A DNA stretch of 34,794 nt from Chiloscyllium plagiosum. Lineage: Eukaryota. The notes beneath the pieces were generated by a model. That model had not been told where the DNA came from. It made no database searches and was given only the letters and a program-made list of their open reading frames with translations. How positions within the stretch are numbered: the first letter of the stretch is position 1; each line of letters starts with the position of its first letter. The position numbers were made by a program, and so were the translations under genes. This document shows, piece by piece, positions 10,795-21,333 of this stretch. The DNA lies in the NCBI RefSeq assembly GCF_004010195.1, contig NC_057718.1, positions 83,124,393-83,159,186 of the forward strand, read 5' to 3'.

Positions 10795-11150
10795 AAATAG
10801 GAATATAGGAACAGAAGTAGGCCACTCAGCATCCCCCCACAAAGCCTGTTCTGTCATTCAATGAGATCATGGTTAATCTGTGGCCTAACTCTTTAAACTT
10901 TGTCCCTAAAACTTTTGCCTAACAATAAAAAGTCATTCCCAGATTCAAAATGAACAACTAGTTGAGCATCAACTGTGGTTTGCAGAAAGGACTTCCAACC
11001 CTCTACCACTTGTGTTCTTCCTAACATCATTCCTGAATGCTCTGGTCCTAATTTTGAGCCTGTGCCCTCAAGTTCTAGAAACCCCAACGTGTGGAAATAA
11101 TTTACCTTCATCTACCGGGACTTTTCCCGTTAATATCTTGAAGATTTTAC
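10795..11150 (-). mobile_element. CR1 LINE 3' end
   Basis: ATAGGAACAGAAGTAGGCCACTCAG tail; ORF 10893-11111 is a decayed CR1 C-terminus. Confidence 0.7.
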
Positions 11151-11277
11151 CAATGTTGTAGCTGCACTGGGACAGGTTGGCTGGGGCGCTGCAGTTTGGA
11201 GTACATTTCCCCAGCTTTACCGGTGAGATAAAGCCCGTAATCTTTGCATTCGATTCAGTATTCCCAATCTGTAACAA

Positions 11278-11712
11278 TAGTAAGAAAGCATATGTCAGGT
11301 ATGGACAGCAGAAATCGAGTGATTCCCTGGAAAAGTATAAAAGCAGTAAGATTATACTTAAGAGGGAAATCAGGTGGGCATAAAGGGGACATGAGATAGC
11401 TTTGGCAAATAGGGTGAAGGAGAATCCAAAGGGATTCTACAAATTCATTAAGGACAAAAGGATAACTAGGAAGAGAATTGGGTCTCTTAACAATCAGCAA
11501 GGCCACCTATGTGTGGAACTGCAGGAGATGGGGGAAGGTATTAAACAAGTATTTTGCATCAATGCTTACTGTTGAGAAGCATATGGAAGATAGAGAACAT
11601 GGAGAAATAAATAGCAACGTCTTGAAAAATGTCCATATCATAGAGGGGGAGGAGCTGAATGTCTTAAAACGCATAAAGATGGATAAATCCCTGGGGTCTA
11701 ATTAGGTGTATC
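11278..11712 (+). mobile_element. HER1/CR1 ORF2 internal fragment (tether region)
   Basis: LKREIRWA*RGHEIALANRVKENPKGFYKFIKDKR...LNKYFASM...IKMDKSLG. Confidence 0.85.
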
Positions 11713-11741
11713 TGGTATGGACGTTACTCTTGCATTTATGT

Positions 11742-12229
11742 ATGATTTGGAGATGCCGGTGTTGGACTGGGGTGTACAAAGTTAAAAATCACACAACACC
11801 AGGTTATAGTCCAACAGGTTTAATTGGAAGCCGCTCCTTCATCAGGTGGTTGTGGAGAACACAATTGTAAGTCACAGAATTTATAGCAAAGGTTTACAGT
11901 GTGATGTAACTGAAATTATACATTGATAAATACTTTGATTGTTTGCAGAGACTTTCATCTGTTCAAATACCATGATAGTTTCACTTCTTTCACGTGTAAA
12001 TCACAAAACATTTTTAAACGTTGCATTCTCAGGTTAATTGTAACAATTGGTGTTAGCTAGACAATATGTTGAAGGTGTTTGCCCCCTGTGTTCTCTGTCT
12101 GTGCCATAATATTTAGGTATTTATCGATGTATAATGTCAGTTACATCACACTGTAAACTTTTGCTCTAAATTCTGTGCCTTACAATGTGTTCTCCACAAC
12201 CACTGGATAAAGGAGCGTCACTCTGAAAG
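11742..12229 (-). mobile_element. Second PLE-like family: truncated terminus with an inverted partial copy
   Basis: About 100-bp inverted arms 11832-11933/12117-12217. Hammerhead half-core CACCTGATGAAGGAGCG on the minus strand (11832-11848); degenerate CAC-TGGATAA-AGGAGCGTCACTCT-GAAAG on the plus strand (12201-12229). Confidence 0.7.
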
Positions 12230-12541
12230 ATTAGATTAGATTAGATTACTTACAGTGTGGAAATAGGCCCTTCGGCCCAACAAGTCCACACCACCCCGCC
12301 AAAGCGCAACCCACCCATACATTTACCCCTTACCTAAAACTATGGGCAATTTAGCATGGCCAAGTCACCTGACCTGCACATCTTTGGACTGTGGGAGGAA
12401 ACCGGAGCACCCGGAGGAAACCCACGCAGACACGGGGAGAACGTGCAGACTCCACACAGTCAGTCGTCTGAGGCAGGAATTGAACCCGGGTCTCTGGCGC
12501 TGTGAGGCAGCAGTGCTAACCACTGTGCCACCGTGCTGCCC
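12230..12541 (-). mobile_element. HE1-type V-SINE, full length
   Basis: Starts GGGCAGCACGGTGGCACAGTGG (A box), B box GGTTCAATTCC, V domain, (AATCT)n tail. Confidence 0.95.
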
Positions 12542-12627
12542 ACGGTGTGCAGTTTATTGCTTTTTGCATCTGAGAAACCCAACAAAAGCTCTGAATCCCC
12601 TGACTCCCTGGAAGTGAGTCTTAAGGT

Positions 12628-13090
12628 CATAAGACTTAGGAACAGATCTAGGCCATTCAGTCCATCGAGCGCTACCATTCATTGAGATCATGGCTCATCT
12701 GATAATTCTCAACTCTACTTTCCTGCTTTAGCCCCTTAACCCCTGATTCCCTTACAGATTAAAAATCTGTTTATCGCAGCCTTGAATATATTTAACTACC
12801 AAGCCTCTAAGGTAAGAAGTTGGTAATGTCACCTACAGTAGACATTATGTTTTTAGGAGGTGGATCCTCCAGCAAGGAGGAACACCTGAAATAAAAGGAG
12901 ATGTGGGAACTCACAGATCTGAATAGCAGCAACTGTAAGGTCATCTGCAAGTGCAATCTCAAGATGGGAAAACAGCAGACCATGAGTAGGCTCCCGGTCC
13001 ACACCACAGGTGCACTACTGTCGGAGTGAAAAAAGAATCCTCATCTCTGTCTTAAGTGGATGACCACTTGTTCTGAATTTATGTGCTCTC
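12628..13090 (-). mobile_element. CR1 3' end interrupted by a ~185-bp inverted insertion
   Basis: CR1 tail runs to ...GCCTCTAAGGTAAGA (12817) and resumes CCACAGGTGCACTAC...CCTCATCTCTGTCTTAA (about 13004). Confidence 0.7.
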
Positions 13091-13099
13091 CGTGTGATC

Positions 13100-15030
13100 A
13101 AAATAGTGTGATAATGTAGGTATTGGCTGGTCCTCCTCATGAGGCCATTGGCTCTCCCACCTTGATGCATTGATATGCTACTGATTGGGAGGTGCCACTT
13201 AGTTCACCTTCAGCTCCCTGGAATGAACTTAGAAACCAAGGACTACAATAATCTTCTCTGGCTCTGGTATCTGATGGCCATCAATACCAATGGGCCACAG
13301 CTCAACCATCATCATAGCACAAAGACCTTTGACAACCTTTCAGGAGAAACAGTGTCTTCTATGATACTGTCAATTTGACATCTGAAAGTAGCTCAGCCTC
13401 ATCTACTTATCTTTGCTATAATGTACTGCCTTCTCAGTGCTGCAGCCTACTTATAGTCTGCTGCGTTTCCATCTTGAGATTGCCCCTGCTGGTGACCATG
13501 CTGTTGCTGTTTTCCAGATCTATGAGTTCCCATACCTCCCTTGATCTCAGGTGTTCCTTCTCGCTGAAGGAACCACCTCCTGAAAAGATAATGCCTATTG
13601 CAGGTAACACTGCCAATTGGCCAGTCCATTCACCCAGATGGTTCCACCAGCTACCCCAACTGATTCCCTCCCCTCTTGAGATGCCTAAATGCCAGTAACC
13701 AAATGGCACAACCCCAAAGCCTCAGCATTTCAACTCCCGTCCTCACTGCAATACACTGGCCACAATGCCCAAGACTACTTAGGAAGGTATCCCACTGAAT
13801 GTAACTATGATCTAATGCTGGTGAACAGAGCATGCTATGGAGAATCCATAATATATAAACATAATCTTTTTCAAGCTTGGCTTAGCTGGTGAAGTTTGAG
13901 GGCTGTTATTGAGAAGGGGAATCATAAAGGTACAGGAGCAACTTTGTGGGGTATTGAAAGATGAGCAACATACACACTCCACAATATTAGAGAAGACAGC
14001 GGAGTCCAAACTGAAAACATTACATTAGTAGGGTAGGTAATTATGAGTTTGTCTGCAATGGAGAGCATGGCCACCATCATGCAGCATCAAGCATTGTTCT
14101 CAAATGAATCAATGCAGGTCATGATAATGATCATGTAAATGATAGATACCTTACTAGAGGTCTGACAAAAAGCACATCCTCCCAAAATTAGCCTGTAGTT
14201 AGGTGATATGAAGTGATCCAGTGCAGGACCAGGGAAAGTACAATTGCAAGAGTGAACATGGAAGCAAGAACTCTTTCAAAGCACTCCGTCCACTTATCAC
14301 CTGTTGTTTCCCCAATGTCCCCACGCAGCACAATCCACTTAAAGGTCACAGCTTACAGCAACTGCTGAAGAAAAGATAAACTGGTTTTCTTTAGGCATAA
14401 AGTGGCCATTACTGCAGAGCACGGAGCTCCTGAGCTAATGGAGACCTGATGTGTTCTTTGTATCTTGTTCACAGCCCAAGCTGTTCTGCCAACCGAGAAC
14501 CAATCACATAGTTGTTAGTCAGCAAAAGGCCTTTGTTATCAATACTGATCACTAGCCAATACAGACTAATCACCCACTTGTACCAACAAAGGCTTGATCT
14601 GGGCACTACATTCAGATCCAGGTTGAATACAAATTAGACGTTAATTACTAGTTGAACAAGCAACTGTAAAAACAATACTTGCAATGACCGTCAGATCACT
14701 TGCTTTCAAAATATGTAGCAATCCTGGGTTTTTTAAACAGTTCTCTTCTCATTTCAGTCCACAATTAAAAATGCAGGAAAATGAAAAAAGTCTTCCATTA
14801 ATGCAGATGAGTGGGAGATTGTCATTTGGAGCCTAGTAGAATCTTAAAGGAAATGAAATTAATGCCATTGAAGACAGTGCTGGTTTTCACAGCCATAGGT
14901 GATGTATGCTCGGAGGTTGCAGATGTTAGCAACAACCTGACACGATCATTCCAACCTCTGGAAGCATTGCTTTTCCCATAGGTTAAGAAATCTGAGCCTC
15001 TCCACAATGTGAAGAGGGAGACAAAGCATA
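13100..15030. mobile_element. Highly decayed Harbinger element (ORF2 on +, transposase on - at about 14300-15030)
   Basis: Minus: ERLRFLNLWEKQCFQRLE*SCQVVANICNL, PMAVKTSTVFN, ISHSSA, IDNKG. Plus: VQEQLCGVLKD...LSAMESMATIMQ, a coiled-coil-like remnant. Confidence 0.6.
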
Positions 15031-15087
15031 TCAAGGAAGGGTCAGAATATGGAATTCAGGCCTCAATCAGATCAGCTATGATCTTAC

Positions 15088-15670
15088 TTTTTTAAATTCA
15101 TTCACAGGATGAGGGTGTCACTGGCTAGGCAGCATTTATTATCATCCCTATTTGCCCAGAGGGCAGTTAAGAGTCAACCACATTGCTGTGGATCTGGAGT
15201 CACATGTAGGTAAAAACAAGGACTGCAGATGCTGGAAACCAGAGTCTGGATTAGAGTGGTGCTGGAAAAGCACAGCAGGTCTGGCAGCATCCGAGGAGCA
15301 GGAAAATCGACGTTTCGGGCAAAAGCCCTTCATCAGGAGGGCTTTTGCCCGAAACGTCGATTTTCCTGCTCCTCGGATGCTGCCTGACCTGCTGTGCTTT
15401 TCCAGCACCACTCTAACCTAGACTCTGGAGTCACATGTAGACTAGTCCAGGTAAGGATAGCAGATTTCTTTCCCTAAAGAACATTAGTGAACCAGTTGGG
15501 TTTTTCCAGCAATGGATTCTTGGTCATCATTAGTCTCTTAATTCTAGATTTGTTTTAAATTGAATGCAAATTCCATCATCTGCCGTGGCAGGACTTGAAC
15601 CCAGGTCCCCAGATCATTACCTGTGTGCATAACAGTCCAGTGAGAATACCACAAGGCCATCACCTCCCCC
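15088..15670 (-). mobile_element. tRNA-derived SINE (not HE1), nested in a CR1 tail and interrupted by a PLE fold-back
   Basis: Minus-strand head GGGGAGGTGATGGCCTTGTGG (A box), GGTTCAAGTCC (B box), A-rich 3' end; CR1 tail flanks at about 15040-15087 and 15672-15735. Confidence 0.75.
15210..15423. mobile_element. PLE-derived fold-back mini-element with hammerhead core and 17-bp TSD
   Basis: About 90-bp inverted arms around 15333; TCTGGAGTCACATGTAG at 15193-15209 and 15424-15440; intact CTGATGA..GAAACGTC on the minus strand (15309-15336). Confidence 0.9.
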
Positions 15671-16289
15671 TTATTAATTGGCAGAACAGGCTCAAGGTTC
15701 CAAATGGCTTACTCCTGTTCCTAATTTGTATGTTTCCATATTGTCTGCGCTTTGTGTTCCTCTTACCTGTTTGTAGCTCCCATCACAACGCCCATTACCT
15801 CTATGGATGCTAATCGCTTTCCCTCCCCCTCCAATCCAATCTAAAGACGTCAAACCCGATTTTGTGTGTGTCTGCAAATTTCAGTGACTGTCTACCACAA
15901 GCTGTGGAAATAAGTCTCTTACAACAAGTACTGTTACCAAATTGTTTCTGGAGAGAACTAAAAAAAGTAGTTGTGAGCACTAACACTTTATTAATTTCAT
16001 TACTGTTCATTCTCACCTTTTTTGTAATGATGTCTTTCTGAATCAGAGACGCATTTTCAAGTAATATTAATTTTGAATCACTGAAAAGCTCACTGATTAA
16101 ACTTAATTTAAATATTAAAATTACTAACTTGCATCTCCAGAAGGAGTTACACTCTCATAACCAAATTTAAGCTGAGGTTTAACAAGAAATCAGTGTGTGC
16201 CTGACAATTGCATTCAAGTTTTTAAGTTTTTTTTTAAAATGTAACTTACTCAACCCTCTCTTGCCCATTGCAGGCAGATTGAAATCCCC

Positions 16290-16585
16290 CATTTTCACTT
16301 ACACATAAACTGGGAGGAACAGAACAGCACGAATCTCAAAGCGCATTTCTCAAATGTGTTCAAGACAGTTTTCAGGAACGATATGTCCTTCAACCAACAT
16401 CATAGCTAACCATATGAGATCTAATGATGGACAATGAGCCCAAATTAATCAACAATGGAACACCACGTTAACAGTAACCACAATTATGATGTGAATTCAA
16501 TCAAGTCAAAATGGAAAAGGACAAATAACAAACCAAAGTTTTAAATTGAGGAAAGATTGACTTGAAGAAATGAGGAAATCATTGA
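16290..16585 (+). mobile_element. Decayed CR1 endonuclease fragment
   Basis: LHINWEEQNSTNLKA/FLKCVQDSFQERYVLQPT. Confidence 0.55.
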
Positions 16586-17068
16586 AAGACACTCTTTGGT
16601 CTGCCTGAAAGTTGCTGGTCTTCCAAAACAAGGAGTTCACGCCGACTGAGTGTAGCAAACTGGCACATTCCAAGGTTCAGGTCTATTTGCTACGACTGCA
16701 CTGAAGCTTGGGGCAGCTGCTGCAAAGGTGCAATGTGGAACGACCACTGTCTGAGGTCTTCCTGCTGAAGTTAAATGGGGGCCCATTCAATTATCAGACC
16801 CTCCCAGTGTCTTGTCTATATGTAAATATTAGTATTCTATGTAGAAGAGAGTTGTGTAGAGTCAAAGTCCAATGTTTTTGATTTATTTGATAAGCAACTG
16901 TACAGAATCGATCTGCATTTGTGACAATATACAAAAATGTTTTATAAATGAAGTATATTTTTGAAATAAAAAAGCCTTGATATGCAATTGTACAGGACTG
17001 AACTGCATTTGTCACTCACAGTGTGTGATATTTTTTATGAATGAAGTATTTTCTTGAAATAAAAAAAG
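16585..17068 (+). mobile_element. Tx1-type LINE 3' end with a second, diverged tail in tandem
   Basis: KDTLWSA*KLLVFQNKEFTPTECSKLAHSKVQ...KLGAAAAK; terminal ATGAAGTAT..TTGAAATAAAAA occurs at about 16950 and 17045. Confidence 0.8.
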
Positions 17069-17192
17069 TGAGGCAGCAATTGATCACAATTGACTATGCA
17101 GAGCAGTCAAGAAGCAAAAATATAAATGAACAGCAGCAGATGTTCTCAGATATATTTGGTTCAATACATACCCTTCAGGAAGAGTTCTACTT

Positions 17193-17896
17193 CTGTAATT
17201 AAACATTTTTGGTTAAAAAAGATGCTTATACAAACACCAATTTTAAAGCAAAAGGGAGACAAAGAAAGTAGCTGGAAACTGGAACATGAGTTTAAAGAAT
17301 ACTTTTTTTTGGACTGTGGTATCAAACACAGGAAACGATACTGCTTTAAACAGGAAGCTGTGGAAGATGTTGCAGTTTTAAAAACAAGTAACTGGAACTC
17401 ATTATGAGTTGCATCTACAATGTTGCCTTATTCAAGTAGTGGGAGAAGAGTACTGAATATATGTGCATGTGTGTTCACCTTTGTGTGCGCGGGTGGGTAT
17501 TCAAAAATAACTGAAAGAAAATAACTTGTCAACATCTGTGATCCAAACTGCTGCCACAACTGTGCTTCTGATATTTCTTTTCCCATTCTCCACCTGGAAT
17601 ACTTGTGTCTCATCTTCCGTTGTGTTTGTTTGAACATGTATGGGAATTTTAGAAAGGAGTAGAGTTTAAGTTATATGTTATCAAATTACGTTTCTTTCTT
17701 GCTATTTGTTAAAAGCATTACGACTACAATTATTTCTTGTTAAAGAAAAACCTAATGTACATATTCTGTTAACCTGTGTTAGACAGTTAGCTAAAGTTGG
17801 GCATATCAATAGTTTAATCAAGCTTTCACATTTGTGACAACCCCAGGAATAGTGGGGATTAATTTACAGTGTATTATTCCAGGGATGCACTAAACA
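17193..17896 (+). mobile_element. Probable old solo LTR (Gypsy-like)
   Basis: About 700 bp starting TGTAAT and ending ...GGAATAGTGGGG...AAACA; non-coding, interrupts a CR1 remnant; no clear TSD. Confidence 0.45.
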
Positions 17897-18165
17897 TTGG
17901 GACAGCAGTTGCAGAGGTGCATTAAGGAAAAGTTGCTGTTTAAGCCCTTTCAGGCACAGTACACAGAGAGGCAGTAAACTGTAGAACCCCTCAGGGTGTT
18001 TGTTGGAAAACAAGGGTATTAAATTGTTTTGAGGAACATCAACATGACGTGTAGAAGAAAATGTACATCTTTTGCGCTTCCTGTAATTTCCAATTTGAAT
18101 TGTTCTAACTCTCAGGCTGTATATCTGATTTGGAATGCACTTTGTAAATATTCAGTTAATATCAA

Positions 18166-18322
18166 TCCAAAGATGTGTAGGTTAGGTGGATTAGCCATGG
18201 GAAATGCAGGGTTACAGGGATAGAGTAAGGGGGTAGTTCTGGGTGGGTTGCTGTTTAGAGGGTTGGTGTGGACTCAATGGGCCAAATGGCCTGCTTCCAT
18301 ACCATAGGATTCAATGATTCTA
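18166..18322 (+). mobile_element. HE1-related SINE 3' half
   Basis: TCCAAAGATGTGTAGGTTAGGTGGATTAGCCATG...TGGGCCAAATGGCCTGCTTCC. Confidence 0.75.
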
Positions 18323-18509
18323 AACTGAGTGAAGAGGCTATATGGAAACAAGCTGAATATTATTGCAAATTTTATAAGATTCAAGTCGAAATATTTTTGT
18401 TGGGTTTTTTTAATACATGTTACAAACAAAATAATTGTTTTGGAAAGATGATAGGGTTTGAGTTAGAAGGAGGGGCTGAATAGGCTGTTTCTACCCTACT
18501 GTTGTTAGA

Positions 18510-18694
18510 ATACTGAATGCACTCACAAACTCTTAGCATTCGCCTGTACCTGTGTTTTTGTTTTTGCCACTGTTTACCTATAACTTACTATCTATGTTAC
18601 TTAACTCTGTGATTTGCCTGTATTGCTCGCAAGACAAAGCTTTTCACTGTGCCTCGATACACGTGACAATAAATTCAATTCAATTCAGTTCAAT
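18510..18694 (+). mobile_element. LINE 3' UTR (Rex1/Babar- or L2-like) with (ATTCA)n tail
   Basis: AAGCTTTTCACTGTGCCTCGATACACGTGACAATAAATTCAATTCAATTCA. Confidence 0.6.
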
Positions 18695-18699
18695 ACATG

Positions 18700-18936
18700 G
18701 TGACAACATTTTTACGCAGAGAGTGTGAAATGAACTGCCAGAGGAACTGGTGGATGTGGATGTGGGTACAGTTACAATGTTTAAAAGACATGTGAATAAG
18801 TACATGAATAAGAAAGGTTTGGAGGTCTATTGGCCAAACACAGGCAGGTGAGACTACGTTAGTTTGGGATTATGGTTGGCAAGGACTGGTTGGACCCAAG
18901 CATCTGTTTCCAATCTGTATGACAATGACTCTATGA
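18700..18936 (+). mobile_element. HER1 CR1 3' end
   Basis: Homologous to 20870-21085 and to 22440-22870 (minus); tail GACTCTATGAC. Confidence 0.8.
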
Positions 18937-19379
18937 CAACAACTTCAGTCAGGTTTGTTGTCCAAGCCAAGGTAAATCAAGGCAAAAATGATGCCCTATT
19001 CCTTTGGAATGGGCTAACATGTCCTTTTTCCCCTTCATTGTCAGGACAGATTATGTGAAAATGCTGGGGGTTTGGTTTAGAGGTGCTAGAGTCTGACCTA
19101 AAAACTGACGAGTGAGTAGCCATGACCAAACAAAACCTGGGTATTTGAAAGTGACATTTTATCTCCCCGTAATGGGTAAGAACTTGTCATCAGGTGTGAG
19201 GGGATGCTCTCAGTGTTGCTCTATGTGGAGCAGGTCTGGTCCAACCCTCACTCCTACATCACTGCAATCATCTGAGCTATCAATAGCTCTAACTGCAAGT
19301 CAAAAATGACCAATGTTCACAGGAACACAGTGTACAAACCTTTATTTGGGAGGTGGGCGGTGGGGGGGGAGGAGAAAGC

Positions 19380-21333
19380 ATATCCTGCAACACCCTTATC
19401 ATGAGGGCCACCTTCGTGTGCAGCTCCAATAAGGTACATGTAAAAATCAAGTGTCACTATATGCTTAAACTACTTGGAACATTTTGTGGCAATGTAGCCA
19501 AACCTACCTTTCATAACACAAGGTACAGGTAGAACCTCAGCATGTAGTTCTAAGTGTACCTTGTGTTATGAAAGTTGGGACTGGCTATGCTAAACCAACA
19601 GTCCCTTTTGAAGAATTTATGCAGAAAAGTCTATCAGACAGTGGTCATCATGTAGCATTCTGAAGGCCCTGTGCAAGAAGATGATAGATATTGCCAGACT
19701 GTCAGAGCTGTTTGGCAGAATGCCTCATATCACAACAATTTACAAACAAGCACCAAGATGTAGTTTGGTTGGATTCGGAGAAATAGGCTATACATGCATT
19801 TGGAAAGTCAAGGACTGATGAGCAATAGCATAGCTTTGTACATGGGAAATTATGTCTCACAAATTTCATTGAGTTTTTTGAAGAGGTTACCAAGAAAATA
19901 GATGAAGGCAGAAAGGTAGACATTGTCTACATGGACTTTAGCAAGGCTTTTGACAAGGGTCCGCATGGTAGACTGGTTAGTAAAGTTAGATCACAGAGGA
20001 TCCAGGGAGAGAGAGCCAATTGGTTAGAGCATTGGCTTGATGGTAAGAGACAGAGGATGGTGGTGGAGGGTAGTTATTCGGACTGAAGGCCTGTAACCAG
20101 CGATGTGCTACATGGACCAGTTCTGGATCCACTGTTGTTCGTCATTTATATTTACAATTTAGATGAAAATATAGGTGACATGGTTAGTAAGAATGCAGAT
20201 GACACCAGAATTGGTGGTACAGAGCACTATGAAGGAGGTTATCTAAGAGTACGATGCGATCTGATCACTTGGACTAATAGGCTGAGAACTGGCAGATAGA
20301 TTTTAATTTAGATAAATGTGAGATGTTGCATTTTGGTAAGGCAAACCAATGTAGGACTTACACAACTAATGGTAAAAGCAGGGGTTGTTGTTGAACAGAG
20401 GGATCTAGGGGTATCAGTTCATAGTTCTTGAAAGTGGTGTCACAGGTGGACAGGGTGGTGAAGAAGACATTTGGCACACTTGCCTTTGTTGAGTATAGGA
20501 GTTGTGATGTCATGTTGTGGCTGTACAAGACATTGGTAAGGCCACGTTTAGAATACTGCACACAATTTTGGTCTCCCTGCTATAGAAAGGATTTTGTTAA
20601 ACTGTAAAGGGTACAGAAAACAACATCCAAGGATGTTGACAGGACTGGAGTGTTTGATTTACAGGAAGGGCTTGATAGACTGGGACTTTTTTCCTGGAGC
20701 ATCAGAGGTTGAGGTGTGACCTTATAGAGGTTTATAAAATCATGAGGGGCAATGGGTAAGGTGAGTAGCAAAGGTCTTTTTCCCAGGGTAGGGAAGTCCA
20801 AAGCTAGAGGGCATATTTTTAAAGTGAGAGGGGAAAGATTTAAAAGGGACCTGAGGGTCAACTTATTCACGCAGAAGATGGTGTGTATATGGAATAGGCT
20901 GCCAGAGGAAGTGATGGAGGCTGGTCCAATTACAACATTTAAAAGGCATGTGCACAGTTACATGAATAGGAAAAGATTAGAAGGATATAGGCCAAATACA
21001 GGCAAATGGGACTAGTTTAGTTTAGGAAACTAGTCGGTACTGATGAGTTGGATTGAGGAGTCTGTTTCCATGTTCTATGACTCTGTGGTGGTGAGATAGC
21101 TGTCCCGGTCAGATACTATACGGGTGAAATCTCATCCCCTTTGTATTTTGCCTTCAAAATGGCTATGACAACCAAGAGACTGTTGTCCATCTCTTTGTGG
21201 AATGTGCTTTGCAAAGAAGGTCTGGAATAATTTTGTTGAAGTTCATTCCGAGCAACTCTGTGACACACGACTGCAGGAACGTCTTTTGTAATTTTTTTAA
21301 TAAATCTTATGAATAAATAATTTTGGGGGAAAA
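19380..21333 (+). mobile_element. Tx1-type LINE remnant split by a HER1 insertion
   Basis: Left part LIMRATFVCSS...KCHYML...QTVRAVWQNAS...NKHQDVVW(L); right part from 21086 VVR*...ETVVHLFVECA (zinc-knuckle region), then an AATAAA tail. Confidence 0.7.
19772..21085 (+). mobile_element. HER1-type CR1 LINE, 5'-truncated
   Basis: CLTNFIEFFEEVTKKIDEGRKVDIVYMDFSKAFDKGPHG...LFVIYIYNLD...NADDTRIG; tail CTATGACTCT. Confidence 0.93.

Noticed and set aside
12470..12541. tRNA gene (A and B boxes), also at about 2830-2891 and 33154-33205
   Set aside because: These are SINE heads continuous with the V-domain and LINE-derived tail.
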